A stretch of 64,000 nucleotides of DNA from Eledone cirrhosa (taxonomy: Eukaryota): positions 66,588,001 to 66,652,000 of the forward strand of contig OZ024746.1 in the NCBI GenBank assembly GCA_964016885.1. Reading direction: 5' to 3'. The first letter of the stretch is position 1. Each line of letters opens with the position of its first letter. Of this stretch, positions 1 to 14,371 are shown one piece after another. Made by a program: the position numbers and the translations under genes. The notes beneath the pieces were generated by a model, which saw nothing but the letters and a program-made list of their open reading frames with translations, did not search any database and was not told the DNA's origin.

Positions 1-627
1 TATATATATATATATATCACAAGTTGTTCAATATATTATTGATCGCGTGGCACAGTTATGACACAGGAAAGTTGAATATCTGTTCTTTACTATGTTATTT
101 TCACAGTGAACTATATATTATATAGAATACCATGAGTTCACACACTTTAAATTAAAATGTAAGATACACTATTAAAATGTTTATACATAAAATTACATTA
201 AAATTCATTGCAATGAAGCATATTGAAAAATTATTGATATAAACGATGATCAAAAAGGTTTTATCGTGGAAGAATTGTATTTCCCAAATTCAACACATTA
301 TCAAAACAAAAACAAGACCACTTCTTTGATATATTGGTTGAATAATATTTATGAAACTTTATCGTATATGAACTGGTATAATCAAATCAAACATTACATA
401 TATATATGTTTACCCCTCTTTTAATTTCAGTTTATTTTGATCATGCCTTTATTTTTAAATGTTCTCATTCCTTGTATTTTTAAATGTTCTCATTCCTTGT
501 ATTTTGATCATGCTTTATTTTTATTTATTATTTATTATATTTTTGTCTTTATTTGTAAATTTTTCATTCGCACCGTTTCCTTTCGCTATATGTCTCTCCA
601 CCACTCCCCTACACACCTTTTGAACTC

Positions 628-662
628 TTACCTGAAGAAGGGCTTATGCCCGAAACGTCGTC
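628..662 (+). ncRNA. Hammerhead-like core in a PLE-type repeat end
   Basis: CTGAAGA(632-638)-A-GGGC-TTAT-GCCC-GAAA-CGTC with palindromic ACGT stem III. AATAAA follows at ~698, then a T-rich end at (TA)n. Stem I pairing is weak (2 bp). Confidence 0.45.
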
Positions 663-752
663 CTCCACCTACCCCCCACTCTCCTGAGCGTGAATCTAAT
701 AAACATTTATCGTACTGCCTCTCTGTTCTGTCCCTGTTCAATTTTTTATTAT

Positions 753-808
<56 letters not shown>

Positions 809-824
809 ATATATTGCTCTCTCC

Positions 825-858
<34 letters not shown>

Positions 859-859
<1 letters not shown>

Positions 860-1058
860 GGAACAAGTAAGACCCCGACGGCTGAGCTCAAGCCGTTTTG
901 ACGGCTAATTCTGGACTAACTAGTCCAGAATTAGCCGTCGAAACGGCTTGAGCTCAGCCGTCGGGGTTTTACTTGTTCCTATTACCCACTCTACTACCCT
1001 AAGTATAGAGTACTTTGGTGCGTTATGGTCCACCTGGTTCCTTACCACATTTCCTTCG

Positions 1059-1062
<4 letters not shown>
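859..1062. repeat. Fold-back fragment of the 3' end of the Naiad pLTR family
   Basis: 859-917 is the reverse complement of 921-980. The sequence matches the pLTR end at 13068-13203 and is flanked by (TA)n. It carries only the GAAA/stem III/GTC half of the hammerhead. Confidence 0.85.
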
Positions 1063-1114
<52 letters not shown>

Positions 1115-2141
1115 CCTTGCTTTGCTAGGAGGTAAATGTTCCAACTCGTCATTTAGTATGGAACAAATTTTTGACGGTGGTAACTACATGTTTGTTTTGA
1201 TATTTCTAGACATAGATCAGTATCATTTCTTTAATATGATGTTGGATGAATAGGAGCGAATAAAACGAATGGGGCTTACTTCTTCAGAAACGATCCTATG
1301 AATTGGGAGATATTTCTGAGACATAATCAGCTTAGAATAGTCAGAGAGTTATAGAAACCTAAAGCAATTGCTGTCATAAATAACGAATTCATACATGTTC
1401 AGAATGTGGCAATAATCCAGGTTTCTATCGTTTCGTGTTTGGTAACTGAAATGATGCAAATGTTAAACTAATACACGTGATATTTAAACGTTAAATGGAT
1501 CGAGGTGACGCAAAAATATTGGAGATAGAAGTAGTTTACTTCATGAATGATTTATACAATCAATTTCATAATTCGTATTACGTCATTGAGGCTTTATCTG
1601 CGTACACATTCTGAACAAATATACACTGATCTTTGGCGACACGGCTTTTATTAGCTACAACGTTGTTTTCTTGCTTTCGAACTTGTTCTGATTATCTTTT
1701 CTTTGCAGATAAATGAAGACCTTAATCTGACTCTCCAATTGCAAAGTTTCGCTGTAATTGTTGCCTTGAATGCAGTCCATATTGCTTTAGAGATTGCTTG
1801 CTTTCTGATAGCTGTATGGTTGTCGACTTTCTCAAAAAGCTAGAGACGTGGACGGAGATTCTACAGCATTACTCAAACTTAAAAGGCCTGCCAGATGTAA
1901 TTAGACTATAAGAATAACTAGATATGTATGAAATGGGCGGTAAGAACCACAGGAAGGATGTCATTGTGGGCTAGTAAAACGTCGCTCAATATCTGAAAGC
2001 ACAGTATCGGAGGAATTGCGCATGGGGACTTTCGGCGCGATATACATCACATATTCACACCGCAACAGGTCTTTGAGAGAAATCGCGCGATGAAATATAT
2101 ATATATATATATATATTACATGTACACACACACATACACAC

Positions 2142-2217
<76 letters not shown>

Positions 2218-2518
2218 AATTTTTTGCAATTCCTTTACACATTTGGAATGCACCAGCCAAAAACAGGGATTACCTCCCTTGCAGGGTAACCACCTGAGGT
2301 AGTGGCTTCACTAATGCTCCATTTGATCTGTTTAGCTTGCTCGTTTTTTCGGCTGTCTGGCTTGTCAGTTTACAGCCATTTTTATAATGTGTTTGGCCCT
2401 TATAACCTATGTTAATTGCTCTTGCTTTTCCTAGTCCATTGAGCGCTTGCCGGCATATCTCTAAATTTGCGTCTTCTTTGGCCGCCACCGCAATACGATC
2501 TCGATGAAATTATAATTG

Positions 2519-2598
<80 letters not shown>

Positions 2599-2876
2599 TA
2601 TATATATATAAACGGAAGAAATGAAACGAAATTTCATTTCCCATTCTTAGTACGGTTGTTACTTAAATATAAGTACGTACACGTACATACATATAAGTAT
2701 ACAGACGTACAGTAGTATGTATATATATATACATACATGCACACATATACATATATGTACGTATTGATTCACCGAACATTTATTATAATGCTCGGTGTGT
2801 TTGTAAACAAACATCCAGTATTAAGCCGTAGTGTCTAGCAACCATCGTTGCTCGTTTGTTCAACACTGACAAAGGA

Positions 2877-2919
2877 ACGCTGTACTAGTTTCAAGCTTAT
2901 TAGCTATCGTCAGCAACGT
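2877..2919 (-). ncRNA. Type I hammerhead ribozyme, family A
   Basis: Minus strand: ACGTTG-CTGACGA-T-AGCT-AATA-AGCT-T-GAAA-CTAG-TA-CAGCGT. 6-bp stem I, 4-bp stem II, palindromic ACTAGT stem III, GUA cleavage triplet. Confidence 0.85.
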
Positions 2920-3117
2920 ATACCATTCTGCCAGATTGTTGAATATATATACTTACCTTATGCATATTAACGGCTGAGTAGCCCAATTTGCATATCAATT
3001 TGCATATCGTTTTCAGTGCACACAGCCGATTAACCCACTCGATATGCAAATTGGGCTACTCAGACGTTAATGTGCATAAGGTAAGTATATACGTTCAACA
3101 ATCAGTCAGGAAGATAT

Positions 3118-3160
3118 ACGTTGCTGACGATATCTAATAAGCTTGAAACTAGTACAGCGT
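3118..3160 (+). ncRNA. Type I hammerhead ribozyme, family A
   Basis: ACGTTG-CTGACGA-TATCT-AATA-AGCTT-GAAA-CTAG-TA-CAGCGT, with one stem II mismatch. Confidence 0.8.
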
Positions 3161-6100
3161 TCCTTTGTCAGTGTTGAACAAACGAGCAGCGAAGGTTGCT
3201 AGACACTACGGCTTAATACGGGATGTTTGTTTACAAACACACCGAGCATTATAGTAAATGTTCGGTGAATCCATACGTACATATATGTATATCTGTGCAT
3301 GTATGTATATATATATACATACTACTGTACATCTGTATACATATATGTATGTACGTGTACGTACTTATATATATATGAAATTGTGTCCGCATGTATATAT
3401 GCTCGCAGGTTTATGCTTTCTATATTATTAATCAAGGCCCAAATATTGACTTTTATTGTTGTAGAAGAAACGTGAAATAAGTACTATACTTTCTATTTAC
3501 CAGTTTATCATACAGTAAATCTATATACTATTTCATTTACAATACAAACTTAACTTTTCTTACAGAGGTGGTCTTGCCTCAATTCTAAATATTTCGTTAT
3601 CGGTTCATTTACCTTATTGTTTGGACGTAGCTTTTCTATATATGTACTTGTATAGCCATATATATTCTTATACCTTACTAGAAATCAATACAAAATGGAA
3701 TTGCATAGGTTAATATTGCACAGTACTATATAGTTTGGGAGGACTGATAACAGGCATGAAATATTTTTCAATGATCATTGTCCATTTATATTTCGTATTT
3801 TTTGTTTGTTTGTATTTTTATTTTGGTTTTGTTTTGTTTCGTTTTGTGGGGTGGTGGTTAAGGTATGGCAGATATATAATAATGGGTTGAAAATATAATA
3901 AAACATTCCGGGATAAATAGCAGTTATACAAACACAGCTGGTTGTTAAAAGACATGGCGTTTTAGATCCTATTTTTTCTAGCTGACAATATTTAAAACAA
4001 GACTAGTAATTTTCTTCACGCAGTAATGGTGAATAGCTACTTTATTGATTTTATAGAATATTAATCTCTATTTTTGATATAGTCAGTGGATTATATTTTT
4101 AGGATATTGATCTACATGGCTGGTGTACTCTTCAGTTATTTCAAGTATTGCTTTGTTTGTAGTTTAATGTAGGGTTATACGGAAAAAATATTGGTTAGAC
4201 GTGCAGTGTGTCTACGCGAATCTCTTGGATTGAAGGGACAAATGAAAACAAAATAAGCAAGTTGATTATGCCACCACATTTAGCAGATTTCGTATTTCAA
4301 GGAGCCTATATTTACGATTGCTAAAGTATGTTTTACTTTCACCGTAAAGATAAAAAAATAAGAAATTATCTTGTATGATCAAGATGATTTTAGAAAATAA
4401 TTCTAACGTATATTATATTGGGAAATCTGAATTGTGGTCAGCCGAAAGATTGCTGTTGATTTATATTATTAACCATGTCCCAAATATATAATGCGTAGAG
4501 TTGTTTTCAGATCAGATAATTAGATTTGACAACGTTACAAAAATATAATTTTAATAATCCGATCTGTATGTGTGCCTGTGTGTGTTTGCGTGTGTTCGTG
4601 CGCGACATTGGTCTGATTAGAAGAGCATTTAGTATTCATATATACACATTTTAGAATATCAACCATATTTAATTAAATGTATTGAAGCATCAATAGAATT
4701 ATTGAGTAAATATTATAAATACACAATGTGGCAGAATGATAGGAATGTACTAATTCGAATTAATAAAATTCCAATGATTGTACTTCTGTGATAAATGTAT
4801 GGTTTGGGACATCTAAAAATTAGTTTCAAACAACGTGCGCAACTCTCACTACAGAATAATGCAATTTTCCGTTCATCAATTTCACTTTATACACATCAGC
4901 TTCATCCGTAATAATTAATTATTGTGATTGTTTTTTTTTTTATTCTATAATATAAATATGATAAAATATAGGCACCATATGTTTATTTTTCTTGTCAATT
5001 TAATTAAAATGTGATATAAGAGTTGTTGAAATAAAACGGATCACAAATAACAATGCACTAGATTTAGAATTGTCTGCTTTATTGTTACGTCTCTATCGAT
5101 AGAATTATTTTGACATAATGAAGAAAATCCTATAATTTCTGATTATGGTGAAAACCAGTCATCAGAAGGAATTATCGAATTGGTTTTCTTTGGCTCACTA
5201 ACCACGTGAAAGTTTTCTTAATTTTAAAATAATGCTCGGTAAAAGGAAATGAACAGACTAGTAAATTAAGACATATGCCTGAAAATCCTCTAGTATATAT
5301 AATCTTTTGTATCAAAGTATATGGATATTTTACCATTACTTCATTATTTTGAAATATAATTTAAGATATAGTATGAAATAAAACTGTACCGCTTATCATA
5401 GATATACAATCTCACGGAGGATTGCAGGCAGATTATTGCAATATCTTATGTAGGTGCTTACATATACGCATCTGACATCTTACTGAAATTATGTGCAGCA
5501 TTATGTATATAAACTGGAGAGAATGATGGTGGATAATATACATAATGCAACAGGTTATCGCATGGATACAACACATGGAGTAAACTAACATTTTTTAATC
5601 TAATATGTAGACAGCTTTCAAATTATTTTCACACAAGTACGCTTCGATTGAACTTTCATTAATCTAAATTGAAAACCGTTATAAAAATGTAACATATCTA
5701 TACTCTTCACCGGATCACCTTCTATTTCAATACCCTTCATCTGTTTATTCATATAGTTTCATAATATGTATTTTACTAAGCATCATATTTCAATATATTT
5801 TCTAACACTCACAAGTGCATATACCCACTGAACAATTTAAATAACTTTAAACGTTGAAACATATATTAACAAAGGAATTAAACGAAAGACATAGTTCAAA
5901 ATTGCCATCAAACCAATACACGAGGTTTAATATTTCTAAAGTAAAATACATAAATGCTATACAAACATATGTTATCTTATTAACATACAGTACATAAGCA
6001 TTCATACGCAATAATATTTTCCAGCTTCAACAGAAAAATGCTAAATAGATAAAAATCATACTATACAGAACACTTAGTTGTGTCTAAGAATTACGATACA

Positions 6101-6556
6101 TGTGTTCATGAATAATTTAACATTAGATCTAAGAAAGGTTTGGTTGACTCTTTCTGCATCGAAACAAACATTCACGGGGACAAGTGAAACTAATTAATGA
6201 AAAATCCCTTCATGAATTTGTTTAAACCAGAGAATATGTTCCACAATATATGTTGTCATGCAAGAATAGATAACATTTTCACAATCGATCAATCTACGCA
6301 TGATATTGTATATTGATTTACTAAAAAGAACATGTCGCATATAAAAGCAATACCTCGTTGACATTTTGTTGTTGTTGTTCATTATATTTGCACTATTAGT
6401 GATACATTTAACCTTTTTGGGATCCATGGTTCTAATATATTTATTCTCCAATTATATTTATTTTGCAAGAATATACCTTTACAAATGTGATGCGGTGCAC
6501 CGATTGGTTATGCATTAATGTATGCATGAGACAGTCTCCCATTCTCTATTTCTCTG

Positions 6557-6610
<54 letters not shown>

Positions 6611-8259
6611 CAGAAGGGATATTCAATTTGTTGGTAATTCAACAAATATAAATGTTTATAACTGATTCAGAGCACTCGACTGTTTTCTGGAGTATAATTT
6701 CAATGATATTAAATAAATGGAAACTATATTTATAAAACCATATTTATTATATTATATATATTTCAAGACTACCAAATCGAAGTGTGTTTTATAAATGTTG
6801 ACATAACCAAGGAAAATACCTTAACGGTTCAAGTTTTACTTGGATACGGAAGGGATAAGAGAAGAAAAATCAGATATTTCAAATTTTGAAGATGAGTATG
6901 CAAATGAGTATGCATAAAAAACCTTATTTTAGACGCTATGGAGAATTTAAATAATTATGATATATGTTTGTATGCGTAGGAAAGTAGAACAAGGAAGAAG
7001 AGCTTGTATTTACGTTAATTTGGGGGAAAAGGTGGAATATGATTCCAGAGTTTAAATTTAGATTTATTTACCTATATTATGAGTTATAATATTGTATATA
7101 TAATCAATTAGATTATATGAAGAATTATGGTTGTAAGTATTGTTATCGTATTACATTACAATAGGTTATATGTATATAAATATCTATATAGATTAATAAT
7201 TGCGTATGTATTAGTATTATAGAAATAGAAATAATTTACAATTATTAGTTATTTATATTTTCTAATATGAGTTACGAAGGAAGTTGATTTTGTATTTTAC
7301 ATAAACAAATAGGTGGTTCAAGTTGAGAGAGGAGAACAATTTGTAGATTCGAATATTTTGTTCAACATTGAAAATGTATTCAGAATATTGTTAATTCAGC
7401 GAAGTTATATAGATTATCATACATAATATGTTTATGTTTGCACGATTGAGAAAGGAAAGATAACTCCAAGTAACTCCAATTTTGTTTGTTAAATTTGATT
7501 CAAAAATATATAGACAAAATTATATAATATTTTATGTGAGATTAATTATTTTAGTCGAAAGATGCGTGAATGTTTGAATATCAAAAAGAGAGGAAACACG
7601 TAATGTGCTTTTCGAAGAACTATCGTAAAGATGATAAATTTTCAGAATGTCAATTAAAGATTATCAATCTATATATAAAAAAAATATATTTAGAGGGGTG
7701 TCATTAGAAAAATAATGTCAGAATTAAAATAATGTCTGAATTAAAATTATTAAATATATATATTTTAAAAAATGTAATGTGAAAAGGTAAAAATATTAGA
7801 AATATTAGAGATATTAAAAAAAAATTAGAAATATTAAAAATATTAAAAATATTAAAAATATTAAAAATATTAAAAAATTTAAACTTTTTTTTTAATTTAC
7901 ATTTAAATATTTAAAGAAGATAGGATCAGTTTTAAAGAAGATAGGATCAGAAGATAGGAATATTATAAATTAAAAATAGTTCTGAACGTGGAATTTTGGC
8001 GATGTCTCCAAAAAAAATAATTCTGTTCTAAGATTAATAGAGTTTTGACAGTTAATTATATAAACAATTTCTTCCATACACAAGTTACAAAATGTTGATA
8101 AAGCCATATTTCGATATGCAGGGGCTTTCGAAATCGTTCTCCAAGATATTGAATATTCTATATTGTTGTCTTTTAAGTTCCAAATTAGATGTGAAAGTGA
8201 ATATATATATTATAAAATAACAGGAGGCTGGACTGGTGTAATTCCTTAAAAGTTTTATT

Positions 8260-8317
8260 ATACTATGATCATTTCAATGAGCGGGTTCAGTATGAATCCG
8301 GTGACATCATCAGGTAT
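8260..8317 (-). ncRNA. Type I hammerhead ribozyme, family D
   Basis: Minus strand: ATAC-CTGATGA-(TGTCACCGGATTCATACTGAACCCGCTCATT)-GAAA-TGATCA-TA-GTAT, with palindromic ATGATCAT stem III. Lies in repeat 8210-8425, which is homologous to 45860-46063. Confidence 0.7.
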
Positions 8318-8547
8318 TCTAAATATAACAAAGGAATATAATAGACAATATCCATGGTGCTGAAAATCAGAGACATGAGGGCGGCCGAACATTTGGCAGC
8401 TATTAGCCTGGTCAACCGCCCTAAGGTCTATAATTATAAAAGTTCTATAATTATAAAAGCTCTATAATTATAAAATCGTAAAATTATAAAATAAAATTGT
8501 TTTGAATACCAACTACAATTGAAGTCATTTTTTTCTCTTTTTCATAT

Positions 8548-8594
<47 letters not shown>

Positions 8595-8730
8595 AGGGGT
8601 CCGTCGAGCAGCAGATTACAGAGTCGTATTATATCGATACAGATCGAACATTGAGGTGATAAGTGGCGAAACGTACGTCACCAACCAATAAATGTAATGA
8701 AGGAGTAACCAATCGTCCTTGTTATCTTTA

Positions 8731-8797
<67 letters not shown>

Positions 8798-8998
8798 ATA
8801 TTATATATGAGAAAGAGAAACAAATGAGTTCACTTGTAATTGGTTTTAAAATGATTTAATTTAATAACTTTACGATTTTATAATTATAGAACTTTGCTTT
8901 GAAGATCTGCATAGCGAGATTATAAAATTATAAAACTAAAATTATAAAGAAAATATATCTTACTGCACAAAGGATTTCACGATGTTTCCAATATATGT

Positions 8999-9106
<108 letters not shown>

Positions 9107-9239
9107 ATCCCCTTGTTTGCTGAAAATTGAAGTAAGTGACACTCTCACTACTTTAAAACAATAGCATAAGGTCTTCAAAATGATTTTAATTAAGTATACA
9201 GTGTATTGCAAAATACACTGTATATACATTCATTAATAT

Positions 9240-10020
9240 ATATATATAAGTATGTACACGTACATAAATATATGTATGCAGACGTACAGTAGTATGTATA
9301 TATACATACATGCACACATATATACATGTACGTATGGATTCACCGAACATGTATTATAATGCTCGGTGTGTTTGTAAACAAACATCCCGTATTAAGCCGT
9401 AGTTACTAGCAACCATCGTTGCTCGTTTGTTCAACACTAACAAAGGAACGCTGTACTAGTGTTCAATATATATACTAGTTTCAATATATATACATACTAC
9501 TGTACGTCTGTATACATATATGTATGTACGTGTACATACTTATATTTAAGTAACAGCCGTACTAAGAGTGGGAAATTAAATTTCGTTTCATTTTTTTCCG
9601 TTTAACGTTTTCGGTGCACCCGGCCGATTAACCCGCTCGATATGCAAATTGGTCTACTCAACCGTTAATATGCATAAGGTAAGTATATACGTTCAACAAT
9701 CTGGCAGGAAGGTATACGTTGCTGATGATAGCTAATAAGCTTGAAACTAGTACAGCATTCCTTTGTCAGTGTTGAACAAACGAGCAACGATGGTTGCTAG
9801 ACACTACGGCTTAATACGGGATGTTTGTTTACAAACACACCGAGCATTATAATAAATGTTCGGTGAATCCATACGTACATGTATATATGTGTGCATGTAT
9901 GTATATATATATACATACTACTGTACGTCTGTATACATATATGTATGTACGCGTACATACTTATATTTAAGTAACAGCCGTACTAAGAGTGGGAAATGAA
10001 ATTTCGTTTCATTTTTTCCG

Positions 10021-10023
<3 letters not shown>
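9240..10023. repeat. Rearranged fold-back copy of hammerhead family A
   Basis: Minus arm 9240-9460, a 3'-end fragment 9490-9603, and a plus arm 9607-10023 ending at (TA)n. Confidence 0.85.
9716..9758 (+). ncRNA. Type I hammerhead ribozyme, family A
   Basis: ACGTTG-CTGATGA-TAGCT-AATA-AGCTT-GAAA-CTAG-TA-CAGCAT. Stem I extends outward (TTCAACA..CTGGCA / TGTCAG..TGTTGAA). Confidence 0.85.
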
Positions 10024-10071
<48 letters not shown>

Positions 10072-10077
<6 letters not shown>

Positions 10078-10330
10078 AATGTAATCTGAGGATTTTCGAA
10101 TATTAATAATAACATTCGATTCGTTTGCAATTATGCAAACAAGACTCAATTTTATAGCCATGTCAGTAGAATGAAAATTTCATTCTTGCTCTTATGTTGG
10201 CATGCGAATATAAGAGCAAGAATGAAGTGTTCATTCTACTGACATGGCTATAAAATTGAGGCTTGTTTGCATAATTGCAAACGAATCGAATGTTATTACT
10301 AATATTCGAAAAACTCAGATTACATTTATA
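10072..10330. repeat. ~125-bp-arm inverted repeat
   Basis: 10072-10197 is approximately the reverse complement of 10207-10330. A related short fold-back lies at 43825-43880. Confidence 0.8.
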
Positions 10331-10919
10331 GTATTCAGCCATGTAGAGGGAAATGTTCTTTTATATATATATATATATATTTATGCTCAATTACAAATAA
10401 ACATATATATATATATGTGTATGTATATGTTTGTGTATGCATGCGAGCAGAACTATCGTTTTGATTTAATATTTATATATTGTATCCATTGGTCAGTTAC
10501 TACTGAATGTTGTAAAGCTTTTCACATTATAATCTCGTTATATACATTGTTAGGAATGAGTACGCTTAACATCCACACAGATAGTTATCCAATTACATGT
10601 TAAAACGATTATTGATATACAAACGTCTAAGGGAACGGACTACGTTAACTTTATCAACGTAATGTTATATTATACAATTTAAAGTTACGTATGTTCATCA
10701 GAAAAACACATTACTGACACTATTTAAAATGCAAATATTTTTGTTTTGTTCTTTTACACATGTATTGATTAATTATCATAACTAGGTGACGAACCGCCCC
10801 TCGTGCGGTTTCTACTAGAATATGTAGTGTGCGTATTGGTATTATACGCAAATATATATGTATATAGATATGATATTTGAATTGAAATGTATATTGCCAA
10901 TATCTTCTTATTTCTAAGG

Positions 10920-11107
10920 GGCGGTGGATTGGCAGTATCGGTAGAGGGTTGGACACCTTGCATTGACACATAGAGTTACGGCCCTTGCCATTCTGAGTTC
11001 AAATCCCGCCGAGGTGAACTTTGCCTTTCATCCTTACAGGGTCGATAAAATAAAGTACCAGTAAAGCACTAGGTAATTGCTGGCCTTGTGCCAAAAGTAG
11101 AAACAAA
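10920..11107 (+). mobile_element. tRNA-derived SINE with 17-bp TSD
   Basis: A-box-like TGGCAGTATCGG and B-box GAGTTCAAATCC. TSD AATATCTTCTTATTTCT at 10899-10915 and 11106-11122. Many copies in the window. Confidence 0.9.
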
Positions 11108-11122
11108 TATCTTCTTATTTCT

Positions 11123-11935
11123 GATAGGATCGTTGGCGCAGCGAGTCTGTCAGAAGCAAACATCTCTAGCTGATCCTGCTGGATGCCAAAGCATGACCAG
11201 CCAAGCTCATGGATATTATGCAACTATCTGGCTCTAGGTCTAACTCTGTGTCTCCTGCTTGTTGGTTTTGTCTGTAATATCTGTCCAGCGATGCTTTCCT
11301 GAGACATTCTAACCGTATGTCCATAGTATCGGAGATGTGATCTCTCAATCGGGAGAAGTAGCGGTTCTACCTAGAGTGATTGTCTGATCTCCGAGCTATC
11401 AACTTTATTGACTAAAGTTACTCCAAAGACCCTTCAGAGGAACCCCATCATATTCTTTCGGTCGTTAAGCAAGATTCATCACCATAGGTAAGTGTTCCCA
11501 GGAATACCAGGAAGACAGCGAGTTTGGCTTTTAGGCCTACCGCCTGCTTACTAAATGCTGAGGCAAGATAACACCACCGTGAGGAGCACTGAGGCAAGCC
11601 AGCACTCTCGCGTTACTTCGGGTGATGGTGAGGCTGAGGTGCTGGAATAAACAAGCGCCCTCACGAGCATCACCATTTAATGAAGATAAGAAACTCGCCA
11701 TCTATGAAGATAAGAAACTCGCAGTCAGCAACCCGATTCCTCCAAACGTCTCAAACGCCACTGTCTGGAAAATGTAATTAGCCTTACTGCATCACCTTTT
11801 GTAATTCTTGCACTTAATTCAGCCTCCTGCCTTCCATAATTTGTGAATACGGCCCCGAGATACTTGACATTCTCTACCTGCTTCGGTGGAACTCCATTCA
11901 CATGTATATAAATTTGAGCAACTCCTGTTCACCTG
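11123..11935 (-). mobile_element. RTE-clade LINE 3' remnant, interrupted by a CRE-like fragment
   Basis: Minus translation gives IHVNGVPPKQVENVKYLG (~11850-11910) and HLRYYGHTVRMSQES...RHRVRPRAR (~11230-11340), matching the RTE motifs FKYLG and LRWxGHVxRM...RGRP. Confidence 0.65.
11540..11782 (-). mobile_element. CRE-like non-LTR 3' fragment nested in the RTE remnant
   Basis: Reverse-complement homologue of 12305-12520. Confidence 0.65.
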
Positions 11936-12189
11936 TCCGTCACACACACATATATACATATATATATATATATGATATACACACAAATACACACACGCGT
12001 CTCTAATTTAAGAATGCCGACAAATTTATGCGTACGCACATATACACACCGACCTATTACTACTTCAAAGCTTTGGCCCGGGCACACATCGCCTCAATTT
12101 TGGAACCGTCTGGGTTGTTCAGAATTGATGGGAGAAGACCTCTCGGTCTCACCATGTGCCTCTAAGCAAGAGGTAGGCTTATTATCTCC

Positions 12190-12560
12190 ACCCCACAGTC
12201 AGTGACTCTTTTGCGCCTTACCTGATCCTGGATGTAGCGGTAAGTGCGCGAGCTACTGCAACCGCAGCCGAACGGAACAAAATCCTAAAATGCCGTGATC
12301 TGTCGGCTAATTACATTTTCCAGGCAGTGGCGTTCGAGACGTTTGGAAGAATCGGGTTGCTGACTGCGAGGTTCTTATCTTCACAGGTGGCTCGAGTTAA
12401 ATGGTGATGCTCGTGAGGACGCTTGTTTATTCCAGGACCTCAGCCTCACCATCACCTGAAGTAACGCTTCGAGAATGGTGGCTTGCCTCAGTGCTCCTCG
12501 CGATGGTGTTATCTTGCTCTGGTAGCTGCTCGTTTGTCCACCCTTTTCGCTTGCCTTTGG
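12190..12560 (+). mobile_element. CRE-clade restriction-like endonuclease C-terminal remnant
   Basis: Translations TVSDSFAP, ATAAERNKILK, NYIFQAVAFETFGRIG and LFQDLSLTIT*SNA resemble the CRE REL motifs AE..K..KY, P.A.ET.G..G and FQRLS.A.QRGNA. Confidence 0.65.
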
Positions 12561-12857
12561 TTGTATGTGTTCCATGACGTGAGTGCTACCTGCTTCTGTG
12601 TTTTTTATTTTTATTTTTTTCCTTTCCTTTTTATTTTTATATATTTTATTTGTTTGTGTTTTCGTTCTGTAAACGTTATATTATTATAGCTTTTATGCAT
12701 ATAAATGTATGTATATGGACAAACACGCACACACATACGCGTCAGCGTTTTGAAAAATACTATCTTCATATTTCACCTTCTCTCTCTCTCTATATATATA
12801 TAGAGAGAGAGGGAGAGAGAGAGAGATAGTGAAGGAGAATATGAAGATAGTATTTTT

Positions 12858-12927
<70 letters not shown>

Positions 12928-13156
12928 ACATTGAGAACCGAGTAAGTTAGATCGCAGATATAAAAGACAGCGAGAAGCGAAAACCAACCAAACAGTGAGT
13001 GTGTTCTGTTATTAATTCTGGCAATATTACGCAAATATGACCCTCCCCAAGTATAACAATATATATATATAACGAAGGAAATGTGGTAAGGAACCAGGTG
13101 GACCATAACGCACCAAAGTACTTGAGGTAGTAGAGTGGGTAATAGGAACCAGTAAG

Positions 13157-13250
13157 ACCCCGACAGCTGAGCTCAAGCCGTTTCGACGGCTAATTCTGGA
13201 CTAAATGAACATTTATCCTGGTATTTAAATAGCCGATCTTCTCAAGGGGT
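13157..13250 (-). ncRNA. Type I hammerhead with U3:A8 core (left pLTR)
   Basis: Reverse complement of 16639-16732. Confidence 0.75.
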
Positions 13251-14371
13251 AATTCCATATATGGTCAAAGTGATTGTCAAAAATCAGTAGTAATTCTGTG
13301 GTTGCAAATTAGTAGGGGAGATGGTGGCTAAACCTGCCAGTAGGAGAAAGAGGGGAGGGGGTGGAGTAGACCCAATCAAGCGTTGGTAGTGCCAGCTACA
13401 GCTGGGCATGAGGTCAAAGAAGATACAGGGGAGGGGGAGCAGGAGGAAGTCGGAACGGTAGGTAGAACAATGGTGGGTAGAAATATATAGGAAAGAAAAA
13501 ATACTGAGAGTGAAGAAAAGCAAATAAGTGTAAAGAAAAAAGTAAAGTAAATTAAATTCTACGACCTAGGTCTCAGGCTATTGTTAGGCTAGAATAAAAT
13601 AAAGAAAGAAAGAAAGAAGTAAAGAAATAAATAAATAAAGAAATAACGAAATAAGTAAAAGAACTAGGTGGGACGGTATAGGCAAGGACCCTTTTAAGAG
13701 GTATAAGTACGTAAATGATACGGTGACGGGTCAACAAAAGGGGCCAAAATACTAAAGAGACTACCACGAAATAAACAATAAAGGTTTCCATCCCGGGCCA
13801 GCAACGACCCAGTGCAGCAAAGTGAACTTGTACGAGATAATAATTCTAACTAATGATTCTATACTAATGCTAACTCTAAAAGATCTAAAACAAGCTACAT
13901 GAAAGTTCGTATGAAATAAAGGTAGAATACGGAGAAATAAATTCAGAATCCACCCCGCCCAGAAGAAAAGCGAAGCAAGAAATACTGAAACGAAAAAATA
14001 AGGCATAAGTGCCACTAAGAAATATAGAGGGCACAGAGAAATGTGGGAGCGGTCGGGAAAAGGGGGCAAGTATCCGGGGTCTAAGCCCACTGCTATAAAG
14101 GGCGGAGTCCGCCAAATCTATCATAGACTAGGGGAGGGGGTGGTGGGGGTACTAAGGCTACATGGGGCCAAAGGGCAGCCTCGGGTGGGCGAGAAAAGAC
14201 GCCGACAAAGGAGAAGAGCTGGGGTAGAAGGACTAAGGAGAGAGGGGGGAAGGAAATAAAGGAAGCGATAAAAGAATACAAAGAAGATCTTACGTCTTCC
14301 TTGGCAAGCAGGCTATTATTGCTATTGGCTATTATTCCTAATAATATTATTGGCTATTATTCCTAATAGCC

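Larger units (their letters stand above)
2611..3370. repeat. Long inverted repeat, hammerhead family A (tails outward)
   Basis: Arms ~2670-2997 and ~3041-3370 are reverse complements. The same family occurs at 9240-10023 and 56761-57290. Bounded by (TA)n. Confidence 0.9.

Noticed and set aside
1130-2090. GC-richer stretch possibly from an LTR-retrotransposon integrase
   Set aside because: Too decayed; no unambiguous motif could be read.
6700-8190. Possible ancient L1/Tx1-like remnant
   Set aside because: Only a vague compositional resemblance, with no defensible motif.
8650-8690. GAAACGTACGTC followed by AATAAA (hammerhead 3' half)
   Set aside because: There is no CTGANGA core or stem II partner upstream; at most a truncated remnant.
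10072-10345. Possible hammerhead in this inverted repeat
   Set aside because: A hairpin followed by GAAA is present, but there is no recognisable CTGANGA or stem III.
10920-11010. tRNA gene
   Set aside because: The A/B boxes belong to a multicopy SINE head with a TSD, and I could not form a cloverleaf.
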